Source: Tubiluchus corallicola (taxonomy: Eukaryota; Animalia; Priapulida). From it: a stretch of DNA of 37,094 nt. Below, piece after piece: positions 26,115 through 34,136 of the stretch. The DNA lies in contig JAQGDQ010002438.1 of the NCBI GenBank assembly GCA_030141605.1, forward strand, positions 1 to 37,094, given 5' to 3'. Position 1 is the stretch's first letter. Every line of letters starts with the position of its first letter. The position numbers were made by a program, and so were the translations under genes. The notes below the pieces were generated by a model that worked only from the letters and a program-made list of their open reading frames with translations, made no database searches and was not told where the DNA came from.

Positions 26115-27137
26115 TTAATTCTCTCTTTTTTTTGGCACAAGCAGATAGGTTATATTACCGCAGCTAAAAATTTGCGGTTTTTCGCAACTATCTGAAAAAG
26201 AAAGCGTTACAAATTTTTCATTTTTAAATACTTTTCCGATTTTAGATAGGTAGCTCGGCGAAAAAGACACGTCGATTCGCATTGTGGACTCACCCACTTC
26301 TATTTTTGGGGCTACCGGCGCCTGTTCCCAGTCAAGAAACTCTAAAAATAGCCTACCTTTTTCTGTAAAAAATCGCGCATATTCTGACTTTTCCACTTTT
26401 GTTAAAAATTTAGGTAGCACTCTTATATTTGTTCGCTCTTCTTTTCTAATTTCCTCAAGTAAATCGAGCACCTTAGCGCCCAAATCGTACGGGTTACCCC
26501 TTTTCGGATCAACCGAATTACATCGCAAAGTCACACCTTGACAAACTAGATAATTATATTTTTCACAAAAACCATAGTGAACATCTCCCTTCGCGAAAAG
26601 TTTATAAAAACTTGTAAAAATGTCTTTTTTAAAGGCGCCGTAAAACGCCGATTCGCGCGATTCGAATTCGCCTACCGCCATATAATGGCGGTTGAAGCTC
26701 AGAATTTTCAATTCTTCCGATTCGTTTTTTAAAAAATTAACGAAAGTATAATAGTAATCCTTGCCGACCGCAGAAACAGCCGCCTCAGCTGCCTTCTTAA
26801 ACTTTTTTTCTGGAAGAAACACCATTTTATCCGGGGTTGTCGGAGCAAAATATACGGGCGTCTCCTGTTCTTGCGAGGAAAGAGGATAACCCCCTATTTT
26901 TATTGTCTTTTTTTCTAAAATAAGACTTTTTTCTTCTGAAATTTTTAGGTAGTTCAGTAAATCGGTAGTTTTAAATGATAGAAGCTCTTCAGGATTACTA
27001 CCGTCTATCCCAAAATATAAAATTTTCTCCGAATCGCCTGTAAAAATGTATGAATTACATATATTTACGTCCTGAATTTTTAATTTTTTAGCAAAACGAA
27101 CTAAATTTTTAAATGTTTTGTAATTAATTTCCGACAT
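26115..27137 (-). CDS. Divergent DNA polymerase III beta sliding clamp-like protein
   Basis: 340 aa; C-terminal VSFSPSYL...VTLSFSD...KP.IF...YLLVP resembles the DnaN C-terminus; directly downstream of the polymerase. Confidence 0.6.
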   Translation of the reverse strand: MSEINYKTFKNLVRFAKKLKIQDVNICNSYIFTGDSEKILYFGIDGSNPEELLSFKTTDLLNYLKISEEKSLILEKKTIKIGGYPLSSQEQETPVYFAPTTPDKMVFLPEKKFKKAAEAAVSAVGKDYYYTFVNFLKNESEELKILSFNRHYMAVGEFESRESAFYGAFKKDIFTSFYKLFAKGDVHYGFCEKYNYLVCQGVTLRCNSVDPKRGNPYDLGAKVLDLLEEIRKEERTNIRVLPKFLTKVEKSEYARFFTEKGRLFLEFLDWEQAPVAPKIEVGESTMRIDVSFSPSYLSKIGKVFKNEKFVTLSFSDSCEKPQIFSCGNITYLLVPKKREN

Positions 27138-27142
27138 GTTTT

Positions 27143-29038
27143 TTAATCCTTCCTATACCGCTTCCCAACCCACGATTCGCCGCAACGAATCGGATAGTCT
27201 TTAGCCCATTCTGGGGGTTCCACGACAATCTCGTCCAATTTTTCCTTGTAAAAATCAACCGAGTCTTTGCTAACCGAATAAATCAATTCATCGTGTACGT
27301 GGAAAATAGGCAGTAATCCAAGCTGTTTATTTACGTTCCGAATCGAGTGCGCTAAGATATCTCTGGCAGTTGCCTGACATAAATTTTCGCATAATTTGCC
27401 CCCATATATTTTTATTTTTTGCTCTTTTGGTCGATAGAACACCCCCTCAAACCCAACCCCGACGTTTGGGTAGGCGATAGAACGCCCAGAAGGCAAAGTC
27501 ATTCTTGTAACGGCGCGCGAATCGACTAAAAAATTTACGCCGATTCGTTTCAAATTTTCTGAAATAATTCCCCCAGAAAGTCCGCTTTCAAGATCCCGCC
27601 AAAGCTCCGGAATGGCGGGCGAGGCGCCGCGCCACGAATCGACCATATTGAACACGTCCGAATCGCTGTACTCGCCTTCCCTCATCCCAAAAGCTCGCCA
27701 ACTTCCAAGCGAGCCGCCATACCCGCTCGCCAACTCGGCGACTTTTCCAAGTGCACGTTGGGGATGCGTGCCATCGGAATTTACCGGAGTTCCGGTAATT
27801 GCCGCTGCCGTTAAGCTGTAGATATCCCTGCCTTTTTTAAAGGCTTCGATTCGCCAATTTTCCCCGGACAAAGCCGCCAATACAATAGCCTCAATACTTG
27901 AAAAATCTAAGCCTATCAGCAGATGTCCCGGATTCGCAATAATCATGCCACGAATACAAGCTAGCAAGCTGTTAAGTTCGTCTTTTTCGATTCGCCCGTT
28001 ATTTTTAAGCGCTTCTTTGAACTTATCCACGCTTAAATCGGGATGAAAGCTCTCTCTTTCTTCCGCTTTAGGCAAATTATGAATCTGTACGCCCCGCCCC
28101 GCCCATCGTCCTGTTAGAGCGCTCGCGAAATCCAACTCGCCAAAAATACGAGGCGGCGCGCCGATCGCCCGCCTTAAAACCGCGTCCATTTTTTTCAAGG
28201 CGGTCCCGCTGGCACGCTGCCGAATCGACAAAACCTCTTTAGCAGCTTTACTAATTTGTGGATTCGCTAGCGCCGATTCGACGGTGCCTTCCTGTAAATT
28301 TGGTAGTATGGTACCGCAAAAATCCGCTAGGTAACTTAGAATTTTAGCACGTTGGTTCGGCGTTCCAACTGCCCCGGATGTGAGCGCTTTCAACTCTTCG
28401 GCTGCCTCTTTTTTAAGCACGTTGTTTCGATTCGAAACCAACCAAGCCAACTCAACGTCCACTGGGATGCCTATGTAATTTATGAATAAATCTAAGATCA
28501 TGTCTTCGTAATCTTCTTCCCCGGGAGCGTTTTTTATCCGGGCATACAGCTGTTTCAAAATATCCACGTCTTTTTTACAATATTCCTCAATTGTTAGTAA
28601 CTCGTCAAAAGTAAAAGGTGCGCCCCGCTTGACTAACTCATTTCCAGCGTCCAATTTATTGCCGAATCCAAAAAATTCTGAAAGCGCCTGCAGGCTAGCT
28701 CCCGAGCTCTTATCCAAATTTAAAAACTGCGCAATTTTCATCGTACAATGTATTTTTTTAGCCGTAAAAATGTCGGGAATATCAGCATGATACCGCCGTA
28801 AAACATAGTTCCACGCAAATGTTTCAAACATAACATTATGCGCGATGACCGTATAATTTTTAAGGTTCTTCAGCTCCTCCGGGAAGGGCTCAAGAGGCTG
28901 CCATATTTTAGTTTCCTTGGCGTCTACGGAATACGCCATGCATAAAATAGAGGTAGAAGAATGCATGGCGTATACAGCCGCGCCGTGCTTTTTCAAATTT
29001 ACTTTTGAGGCTGTCTCAAAATCGAGAAAAAGTTCCAT
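27143..29038 (-). CDS. Family A DNA polymerase with 3'-5' exonuclease
   Basis: LDFET, AHNVMFE, YCKKDV; TGRWAG, motif A LDFSSIE, motif B RALGKVAELASGYGG, motif C HVHDE. Confidence 0.96.
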   Translation of the reverse strand: MELFLDFETASKVNLKKHGAAVYAMHSSTSILCMAYSVDAKETKIWQPLEPFPEELKNLKNYTVIAHNVMFETFAWNYVLRRYHADIPDIFTAKKIHCTMKIAQFLNLDKSSGASLQALSEFFGFGNKLDAGNELVKRGAPFTFDELLTIEEYCKKDVDILKQLYARIKNAPGEEDYEDMILDLFINYIGIPVDVELAWLVSNRNNVLKKEAAEELKALTSGAVGTPNQRAKILSYLADFCGTILPNLQEGTVESALANPQISKAAKEVLSIRQRASGTALKKMDAVLRRAIGAPPRIFGELDFASALTGRWAGRGVQIHNLPKAEERESFHPDLSVDKFKEALKNNGRIEKDELNSLLACIRGMIIANPGHLLIGLDFSSIEAIVLAALSGENWRIEAFKKGRDIYSLTAAAITGTPVNSDGTHPQRALGKVAELASGYGGSLGSWRAFGMREGEYSDSDVFNMVDSWRGASPAIPELWRDLESGLSGGIISENLKRIGVNFLVDSRAVTRMTLPSGRSIAYPNVGVGFEGVFYRPKEQKIKIYGGKLCENLCQATARDILAHSIRNVNKQLGLLPIFHVHDELIYSVSKDSVDFYKEKLDEIVVEPPEWAKDYPIRCGESWVGKRYRKD

Positions 29039-29049
29039 TTTTCAAGCCT

Positions 29050-29823
29050 TTAATACGGAATCTGGTCATCTGGAAGCGGGTTATAAAATTCAGGCTGTTG
29101 CGGTTGTGGCTGCATCGGGGACGCCGGCTGTTGCGGCTGTTGCGGCTGTTGCGGTTGTGGCTGCATCGGGGACGCCGGCTGTTGCGGCTGTTGCGGCTGT
29201 TGCGGCTGTTGCGGCTGTTGCGGTTGTGGCTGCATCGGGGACGCCGGCGATTGCGGCTGTTGCGGCGTTGGGTGGTATCCCGCCTGCGTAAAATCTTCAA
29301 AAGTTGCCGGTGCGCCGCCGGAGAAATATATGGGCTCACCCTTTCTAACAAAGTCAACGCCGCGTAACGTAACCAACATACCGCTTTTTTGGCCCGGAAG
29401 CGGGTTTTTCCCCCGATTCGATCGCACGGTTACGAGCGCGGCGGCATAGTCGCCCAACCCCCAACTATTTTGATTTAGCGCCAGATTTTCAATTTTTACG
29501 GAGTTTTCAAACATCGAAAATTTGTAGTTTTCGCCGGTATTCGCGCGAATTACCCAGCATCCTTTGAAGCCATCCCTATGGCTATATTCCGGAGCGTCAC
29601 CATCAGATATCTTACTTGAAAAATCGCGGCGCGAGTACTCGCCGTCCGGCCACTCGGAAATCATTAATTCCTGATATTTTCCGCAAAAGACCCCCCAAGC
29701 GGGATCGGTTTTTTGTATGGCGAACTGAAGAAAATATTCATTCCCGCCGGTTGCTCCACGTGGGAACGTTTGTGTTAGGCTACCGCCAACGATTCGCGCA
29801 GTTGGGATAATTAAATTAGTCAT
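29050..29823 (-). CDS. ssDNA-binding protein (DUF2815-like) with Q/P-rich linker and acidic tip
   Basis: Position next to PolA; LRGVDFVRKGEP..GG; C-terminus DDQIPY resembles SSB DDIPF. Confidence 0.85.
   Translation of the reverse strand: MTNLIIPTARIVGGSLTQTFPRGATGGNEYFLQFAIQKTDPAWGVFCGKYQELMISEWPDGEYSRRDFSSKISDGDAPEYSHRDGFKGCWVIRANTGENYKFSMFENSVKIENLALNQNSWGLGDYAAALVTVRSNRGKNPLPGQKSGMLVTLRGVDFVRKGEPIYFSGGAPATFEDFTQAGYHPTPQQPQSPASPMQPQPQQPQQPQQPQQPQQPASPMQPQPQQPQQPQQPASPMQPQPQQPEFYNPLPDDQIPY
29094..29268 (-). repeat. Coding tandem repeats (QQP)n and PASPMQPQPQ x3
   Basis: 9 bp GCTGTTGCG units nested in three copies of GCGGTTGTGGCTGCATCGGGGACGCCGGC. Confidence 0.9.
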
Positions 29824-30811
29824 TTTTTAAATCCTCCTTATAAATTTCAAGGGTTTTAATCTTTGGTTTGTGTGTAAATTTTTCAACATTTAAGCCTCGT
29901 TTCCTAGCCTCGGAAATTGATACCGCCGTCTGTTTCGTCAATTCTAATTGCAGCAATTCCCCTATTTCTTTCAACTGGTCAATAGAAATTTTCCATTTAA
30001 TGCGTCCGTCTTTTTCGACAAGTTTTAAATTCGGGATACGGGCGCCGCGCTCAATATTCGCCGTGGCGGCTGCTTCGAGATCCGAAAGCCTCCTTTTTAT
30101 CAGCTTTTGCCCGAATCGCAGGAGCTTAATTTCCGCAGCATAATTAATGTCATTCAAAGGTCGCGAGGTTAAATTTTCGTGCGTAAAGATAGTATCTAAA
30201 GTAGCCTCTTGGATCGCGGGGCAACTCATTACTTTCTTGCATAAAAGACAATGACTCCCCACTTTTAGCGTGTCTATAAAATTATCGAGGGCAAAAGTTT
30301 CTACTTTGTCAATAATCTCCCCGGCTGTTTTAATTTCAGTTTTAAATTTTCCTTCAAATTCAAGGCTCTTCGGCTGAAAAATAGACAATTCGACAACTTT
30401 ATCCCTGTCCAAATTTTCCTCATTTTTTAAGTGAGCGTATGCGGTGATAAGTAGCTGCGCATTCGGAAAATCTACCGGCCGCACGCCGTTTTTAAATTCG
30501 ATAAATATAGTATTATCGACGGCTTTTGCGTCGGAAATAGCCACAAATTTTATGCCGTTGAAGGTAAATTCCGCGCGGGATTCCACGTCTATGTCGCAGC
30601 GGGGTGGAAATTCACTTCTTATAAAATTTACATAATCGACCGCTTCCGGATTGTCCGTTTTCCCAGTTTTTAAGCCAATCTCAACGGCTTTATGCATGTC
30701 GATGCCTTCCCGCATTGCCTCCGTCATCGGTAATTTTGGCGGCTTCGCGACATGCGGATAGCCGGGGCAGCGCAACCACGTGTGTGCTTCACTTGCATTT
30801 ATTTGCAGCAT
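29816..30811 (-). CDS. DUF2800-like PD-(D/E)XK (Cas4-like) nuclease
   Basis: ASEAHTWLRCPG, EG..MH, SD...IEFKNG, NAQL, GSHCLLC....CP. Confidence 0.85.
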   Translation of the reverse strand: MLQINASEAHTWLRCPGYPHVAKPPKLPMTEAMREGIDMHKAVEIGLKTGKTDNPEAVDYVNFIRSEFPPRCDIDVESRAEFTFNGIKFVAISDAKAVDNTIFIEFKNGVRPVDFPNAQLLITAYAHLKNEENLDRDKVVELSIFQPKSLEFEGKFKTEIKTAGEIIDKVETFALDNFIDTLKVGSHCLLCKKVMSCPAIQEATLDTIFTHENLTSRPLNDINYAAEIKLLRFGQKLIKRRLSDLEAAATANIERGARIPNLKLVEKDGRIKWKISIDQLKEIGELLQLELTKQTAVSISEARKRGLNVEKFTHKPKIKTLEIYKEDLKND

Positions 30812-30813
30812 GG

Positions 30814-31482
30814 CTAAAGTTCCTTCATTTCTGAAAAAATATAGGATAAAACGGGCATGAAGTAGGCGGCTTTAATTTTATCATTTGCGCAATCGATTAT
30901 TTGGTTTCTGGTAACCTCGTGATTGTCAAGTATTCGGTGAAGTTTGATCGTTTTGTCGTAATCTACTATATTTTCCGCTAAAATTTCCGCAATTTTTTTG
31001 GCGTATTCTTGTGGATTCGTTGGCTCGGGATTCTGGGGAGATTCGCCTCCATTGTTTGTGTAGGCTTGCCGCTCTTCCGGCGAAAGCCCCCGTTTAAAAC
31101 GCCACGTGCCATCGGCATTTACACTTTTTGTAGACGTGTGGAAATTTTCGTCCCATTTTCGCCCCGCCGAATCCAATGCAACAGGCTCTTCCTGCTGTTG
31201 CGCCGGCGATTCGGCAGGTTGCCAAGTCTTTGATTCTACAGGCTCCCCCTGCCGCCATGGCTGCGATTCGGCGGGCTCTTCTTGTTGTGGCACCGGCGAT
31301 TCGGCTGGCTCTTCTTGCCGCCAAGTCTTTGATTCTACAGGCTTTTCTTGCTGCGGCGCAGGGGGCTCAACGACTAAATATTGAACCTCCAACACGCCGC
31401 TAATAGATGCAGCTGAACTAAAATTTAAACGAATTAGCGCTTCAAAATCTCTCAAATTTTCTATTTTATAAATTACTTCCAT
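30814..31482 (-). CDS. Hypothetical replication-module protein with internal E/P/Q repeats
   Basis: AAGGAG RBS before ATG 31482; EEPAES and PVESKTW repeats; LDSAGRKWDENFH...NADGTWR motif. Confidence 0.8.
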   Translation of the reverse strand: MEVIYKIENLRDFEALIRLNFSSAASISGVLEVQYLVVEPPAPQQEKPVESKTWRQEEPAESPVPQQEEPAESQPWRQGEPVESKTWQPAESPAQQQEEPVALDSAGRKWDENFHTSTKSVNADGTWRFKRGLSPEERQAYTNNGGESPQNPEPTNPQEYAKKIAEILAENIVDYDKTIKLHRILDNHEVTRNQIIDCANDKIKAAYFMPVLSYIFSEMKEL

Positions 31483-31521
31483 TTTTAAAGATTCTCCTTG
31501 AATAGTGGTTAAGTATTCGTT

Positions 31522-31550
31522 AATATGGCATGAATAATTAGTCATGTCAA
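31522..31550 (-). promoter_or_regulatory. Leftward promoter of the replication operon with an overlapping palindrome (candidate operator)
   Basis: TTGACA-17bp-CATATT; CATGAaTAATTAgTCATG palindrome in the spacer. Confidence 0.7.
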
Positions 31551-31572
31551 TACTTAAATTTTAGTTAAAAAT

Positions 31573-33138
31573 ATGCAATTACGAGAATATCAAAAGAAAT
31601 TAAAAAATGATATCTATAAATCGTGGACGGAAGGAGACGGTCGAGTTCTGGCGTTTCTACCAACGGGCGGCGGCAAAACCGTCGTGCTAGCCGACATCAT
31701 TTCGAATTTCAGCGATTCGGTACTTATTATCGCGCATAGGCGTGCGCTAATTTCTCAAATTTCTCTAACGCTTGGAGCATTCAAGATAACCCATGATATT
31801 ATTGCACAGCTTCCCGATATAGCATGGTTGCACGGTGAGCATATCAAGCAATTTAGCCACACATTTATACAAGGTGGTGCGAAGGTATCCGTTGCAAGCA
31901 TAGATAGTTTACTCCGTCGTGAAGCAGTTCCGCGAGATGTAAAATTGTGGGTGATTGACGAAGGTCACCACGTTGTTGAGGAAAATAAATGGGGTCATGA
32001 GATCCAGCGACTCGTCGGGAATCCCTTAGGAATAGGGTTCACGGCAACCCCAGAGAGGGCGGACGGAGTAGCCTTAAGTCTTTACGATCGCTTGGTTGAG
32101 GGACCAAGTACCCGCGAATTAATCCGCATGGGGTACCTATGTGATTATCGCATATATGCGCCCGGCTCAAGTCTGGCAAATGCCGAACTTAAAATATCTA
32201 AAGCGACCGGCGAATTTACCCAGAAAAGCCTTATCCACGCTGCTCATGAATCCACAATAACGGGAGATATTGCGTCTCAAATTCAACGATACGCGCCGAA
32301 TTTGAAAGGGTTAGTTTTTACGACCGATGTAAAAACCGCCGAAAAAACGGCTTTCAAGCTCCCCAAAGCAGCGGTCGTTTCTGCTAAAACGAAGACTAAA
32401 GATCGTTACAAAATTTTAGAAAAATTTGAAGAGGGATCGCTTAGAACCCTAGTAAATGTGGGAATTTTTGACGAAGGTTTCGATGTGCCCAACATCGAGC
32501 TGGTCGTGCAGGCAGCCCCAACGATGAGTTTGGTAAGATACCGGCAGCAAGCTGGACGAGTGACACGACTGGCGCCGGGAAAAAAATACGGTGTTATCGT
32601 GGATCTTGTCGGCAATGTCATTCGCCACGGGTTACCAGATTCCGATCGTTTTTGGAGTCTTGCCGGAAAACGATCGGGCGAATCGGAGGCGCCCGGCACC
32701 AGCGTCACGGTATGCGAAAGCTGCTACCAACCTTACATTAAATATTTGATTTACTGCCCTTTTTGCGGAGCGGTGAAGATCCCAGCCGTACGAAATTCTA
32801 TAAAAACGGTGGACGGCGATTTGGATCTTTTGGACAAAGAGGAATTTGAGCGTCTGTTCGAATCATCGAAATTTAAGAAGTATGCAACTACTGCATGGTT
32901 CGGCGGAGACAGGGTAATTGTTAACAGCTATAATAAAAATGCGAAGAACCATAACGAATCACAACAAATTTTACGTAGTTCGATAGCGCGCTGGATGGCT
33001 GCCTTAAATGGTATGTCGCGGAGAGAAAAAAATAAATCGTTTTATCTTTTCTTCGGCGTGGACGTATTAAGCGCGTATTCGTTAAACCCCCGTAAATCAC
33101 TAGAATTAAAGGAAAAAATAGAAAAATGTCTGAATTAA
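31573..33138 (+). CDS. Superfamily 2 DExH helicase with C-terminal zinc finger
   Basis: LPTGGGKT, DEGHH, TATPER, EGFDVP, QQAGR, CESC...CPFCG. Confidence 0.95.
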   Translation: MQLREYQKKLKNDIYKSWTEGDGRVLAFLPTGGGKTVVLADIISNFSDSVLIIAHRRALISQISLTLGAFKITHDIIAQLPDIAWLHGEHIKQFSHTFIQGGAKVSVASIDSLLRREAVPRDVKLWVIDEGHHVVEENKWGHEIQRLVGNPLGIGFTATPERADGVALSLYDRLVEGPSTRELIRMGYLCDYRIYAPGSSLANAELKISKATGEFTQKSLIHAAHESTITGDIASQIQRYAPNLKGLVFTTDVKTAEKTAFKLPKAAVVSAKTKTKDRYKILEKFEEGSLRTLVNVGIFDEGFDVPNIELVVQAAPTMSLVRYRQQAGRVTRLAPGKKYGVIVDLVGNVIRHGLPDSDRFWSLAGKRSGESEAPGTSVTVCESCYQPYIKYLIYCPFCGAVKIPAVRNSIKTVDGDLDLLDKEEFERLFESSKFKKYATTAWFGGDRVIVNSYNKNAKNHNESQQILRSSIARWMAALNGMSRREKNKSFYLFFGVDVLSAYSLNPRKSLELKEKIEKCLN

Positions 33139-33431
33139 CTTTTGCATACACACACGATAAATACGGCATAATTGAACAGTCAGCCGTTAATTATTTTTTA
33201 TTTTGGAAGATGGTAAAAACGCAAAAAGGGAAGCGCATCACCATAAGGGTTAACGCCGGGGATTTCAGGCATGCGAATTCTACATATCGTGGCATCGCCG
33301 GCAGCTATGAAATGTGGCGATTCGTTAATAGTAAATTCACCCGCGCCGCTCGGCAGGTTGAGGGAGGTCCTCTTTACGAAGCAGCCCCGCCGTCTAAAAA
33401 GCGTAATTTAAGAGGGGCGTACAAGCTATGA
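33126..33431 (+). CDS. Hypothetical protein
   Basis: Overlap-coupled within the operon. Confidence 0.65.
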   Translation: MSELTFAYTHDKYGIIEQSAVNYFLFWKMVKTQKGKRITIRVNAGDFRHANSTYRGIAGSYEMWRFVNSKFTRAARQVEGGPLYEAAPPSKKRNLRGAYKL

Positions 33432-33805
33432 AAAAAGAGCATGACTTGAGCAAGCACATAAGAGCGGCAGCACCCTATTATTGTATGAGATTGTGGAGAA
33501 ATAATAGCGGCGCCTTGTTCGATTCGAACGGGCGCCTTGTTCGATTCGGCTTGGGGAACGACAGTAAAGCTATAAATAAAGTCTTGAAATCCAGTGACTT
33601 AGTGGGCTATCGGACGATCACCATAACAAAAGATATGGTTGGCGAATCGGTAGCCGTCTTCACAGCAATTGAGCTAAAAAAGCTGGGCGGCAAGCGCCAT
33701 CCGGGGCAGTTGAACTTTATAAATTTAGTTAATGAGGAAGGCGGGCGCGCCGCTATCGTGGAAGATTTTAGAATGTTTAAAAATTTTATTCGTGGCAGCA
33801 GATAA
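33428..33805 (+). CDS. VRR-NUC domain nuclease
   Basis: LWRNNSG...VRFGL, SSDLVG, AIELK, Q.NF......GG.A. Confidence 0.9.
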   Translation: MKKEHDLSKHIRAAAPYYCMRLWRNNSGALFDSNGRLVRFGLGNDSKAINKVLKSSDLVGYRTITITKDMVGESVAVFTAIELKKLGGKRHPGQLNFINLVNEEGGRAAIVEDFRMFKNFIRGSR

Positions 33806-33824
33806 GAAAAAAGGAACCTTTAAA

Positions 33825-34136
33825 ATGCCAAAAAACACGTGGATAAAAAACGAAGATATTATAGAAAATATACTAAAAATTGTCATAAAAAACAAGGCAT
33901 TACCTATAAAAAGGGAGGAAGTGGCCGCCCGGCTAGGCTGTACGGTCGCGCTGCTCGAATACCGAATCGGGCCTGCAGAAGAATTCCATAAATACGTAAA
34001 AACTTGTATAATAAATAGCGAAAATCCGTCCGCGCTTTTAGTCCTTGCTATCAATGATCCTGAAAACTACAAGAAAGCGGACATCGATTCGCAACTAAAA
34101 AGGAGGATAAAGCGTGCACTCGAAAAAATTATTTAA
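33825..34136 (+). CDS. Small HTH DNA-binding protein
   Basis: IKREEVAARLGCTVALLEY HTH-like; AAGGA RBS. Confidence 0.6.
   Translation: MPKNTWIKNEDIIENILKIVIKNKALPIKREEVAARLGCTVALLEYRIGPAEEFHKYVKTCIINSENPSALLVLAINDPENYKKADIDSQLKRRIKRALEKII

Noticed and set aside
28917-29367. Ala-rich and Arg/Leu-rich ORFs overlapping the SSB
   Set aside because: Shadows of the Q/P repeat in other frames
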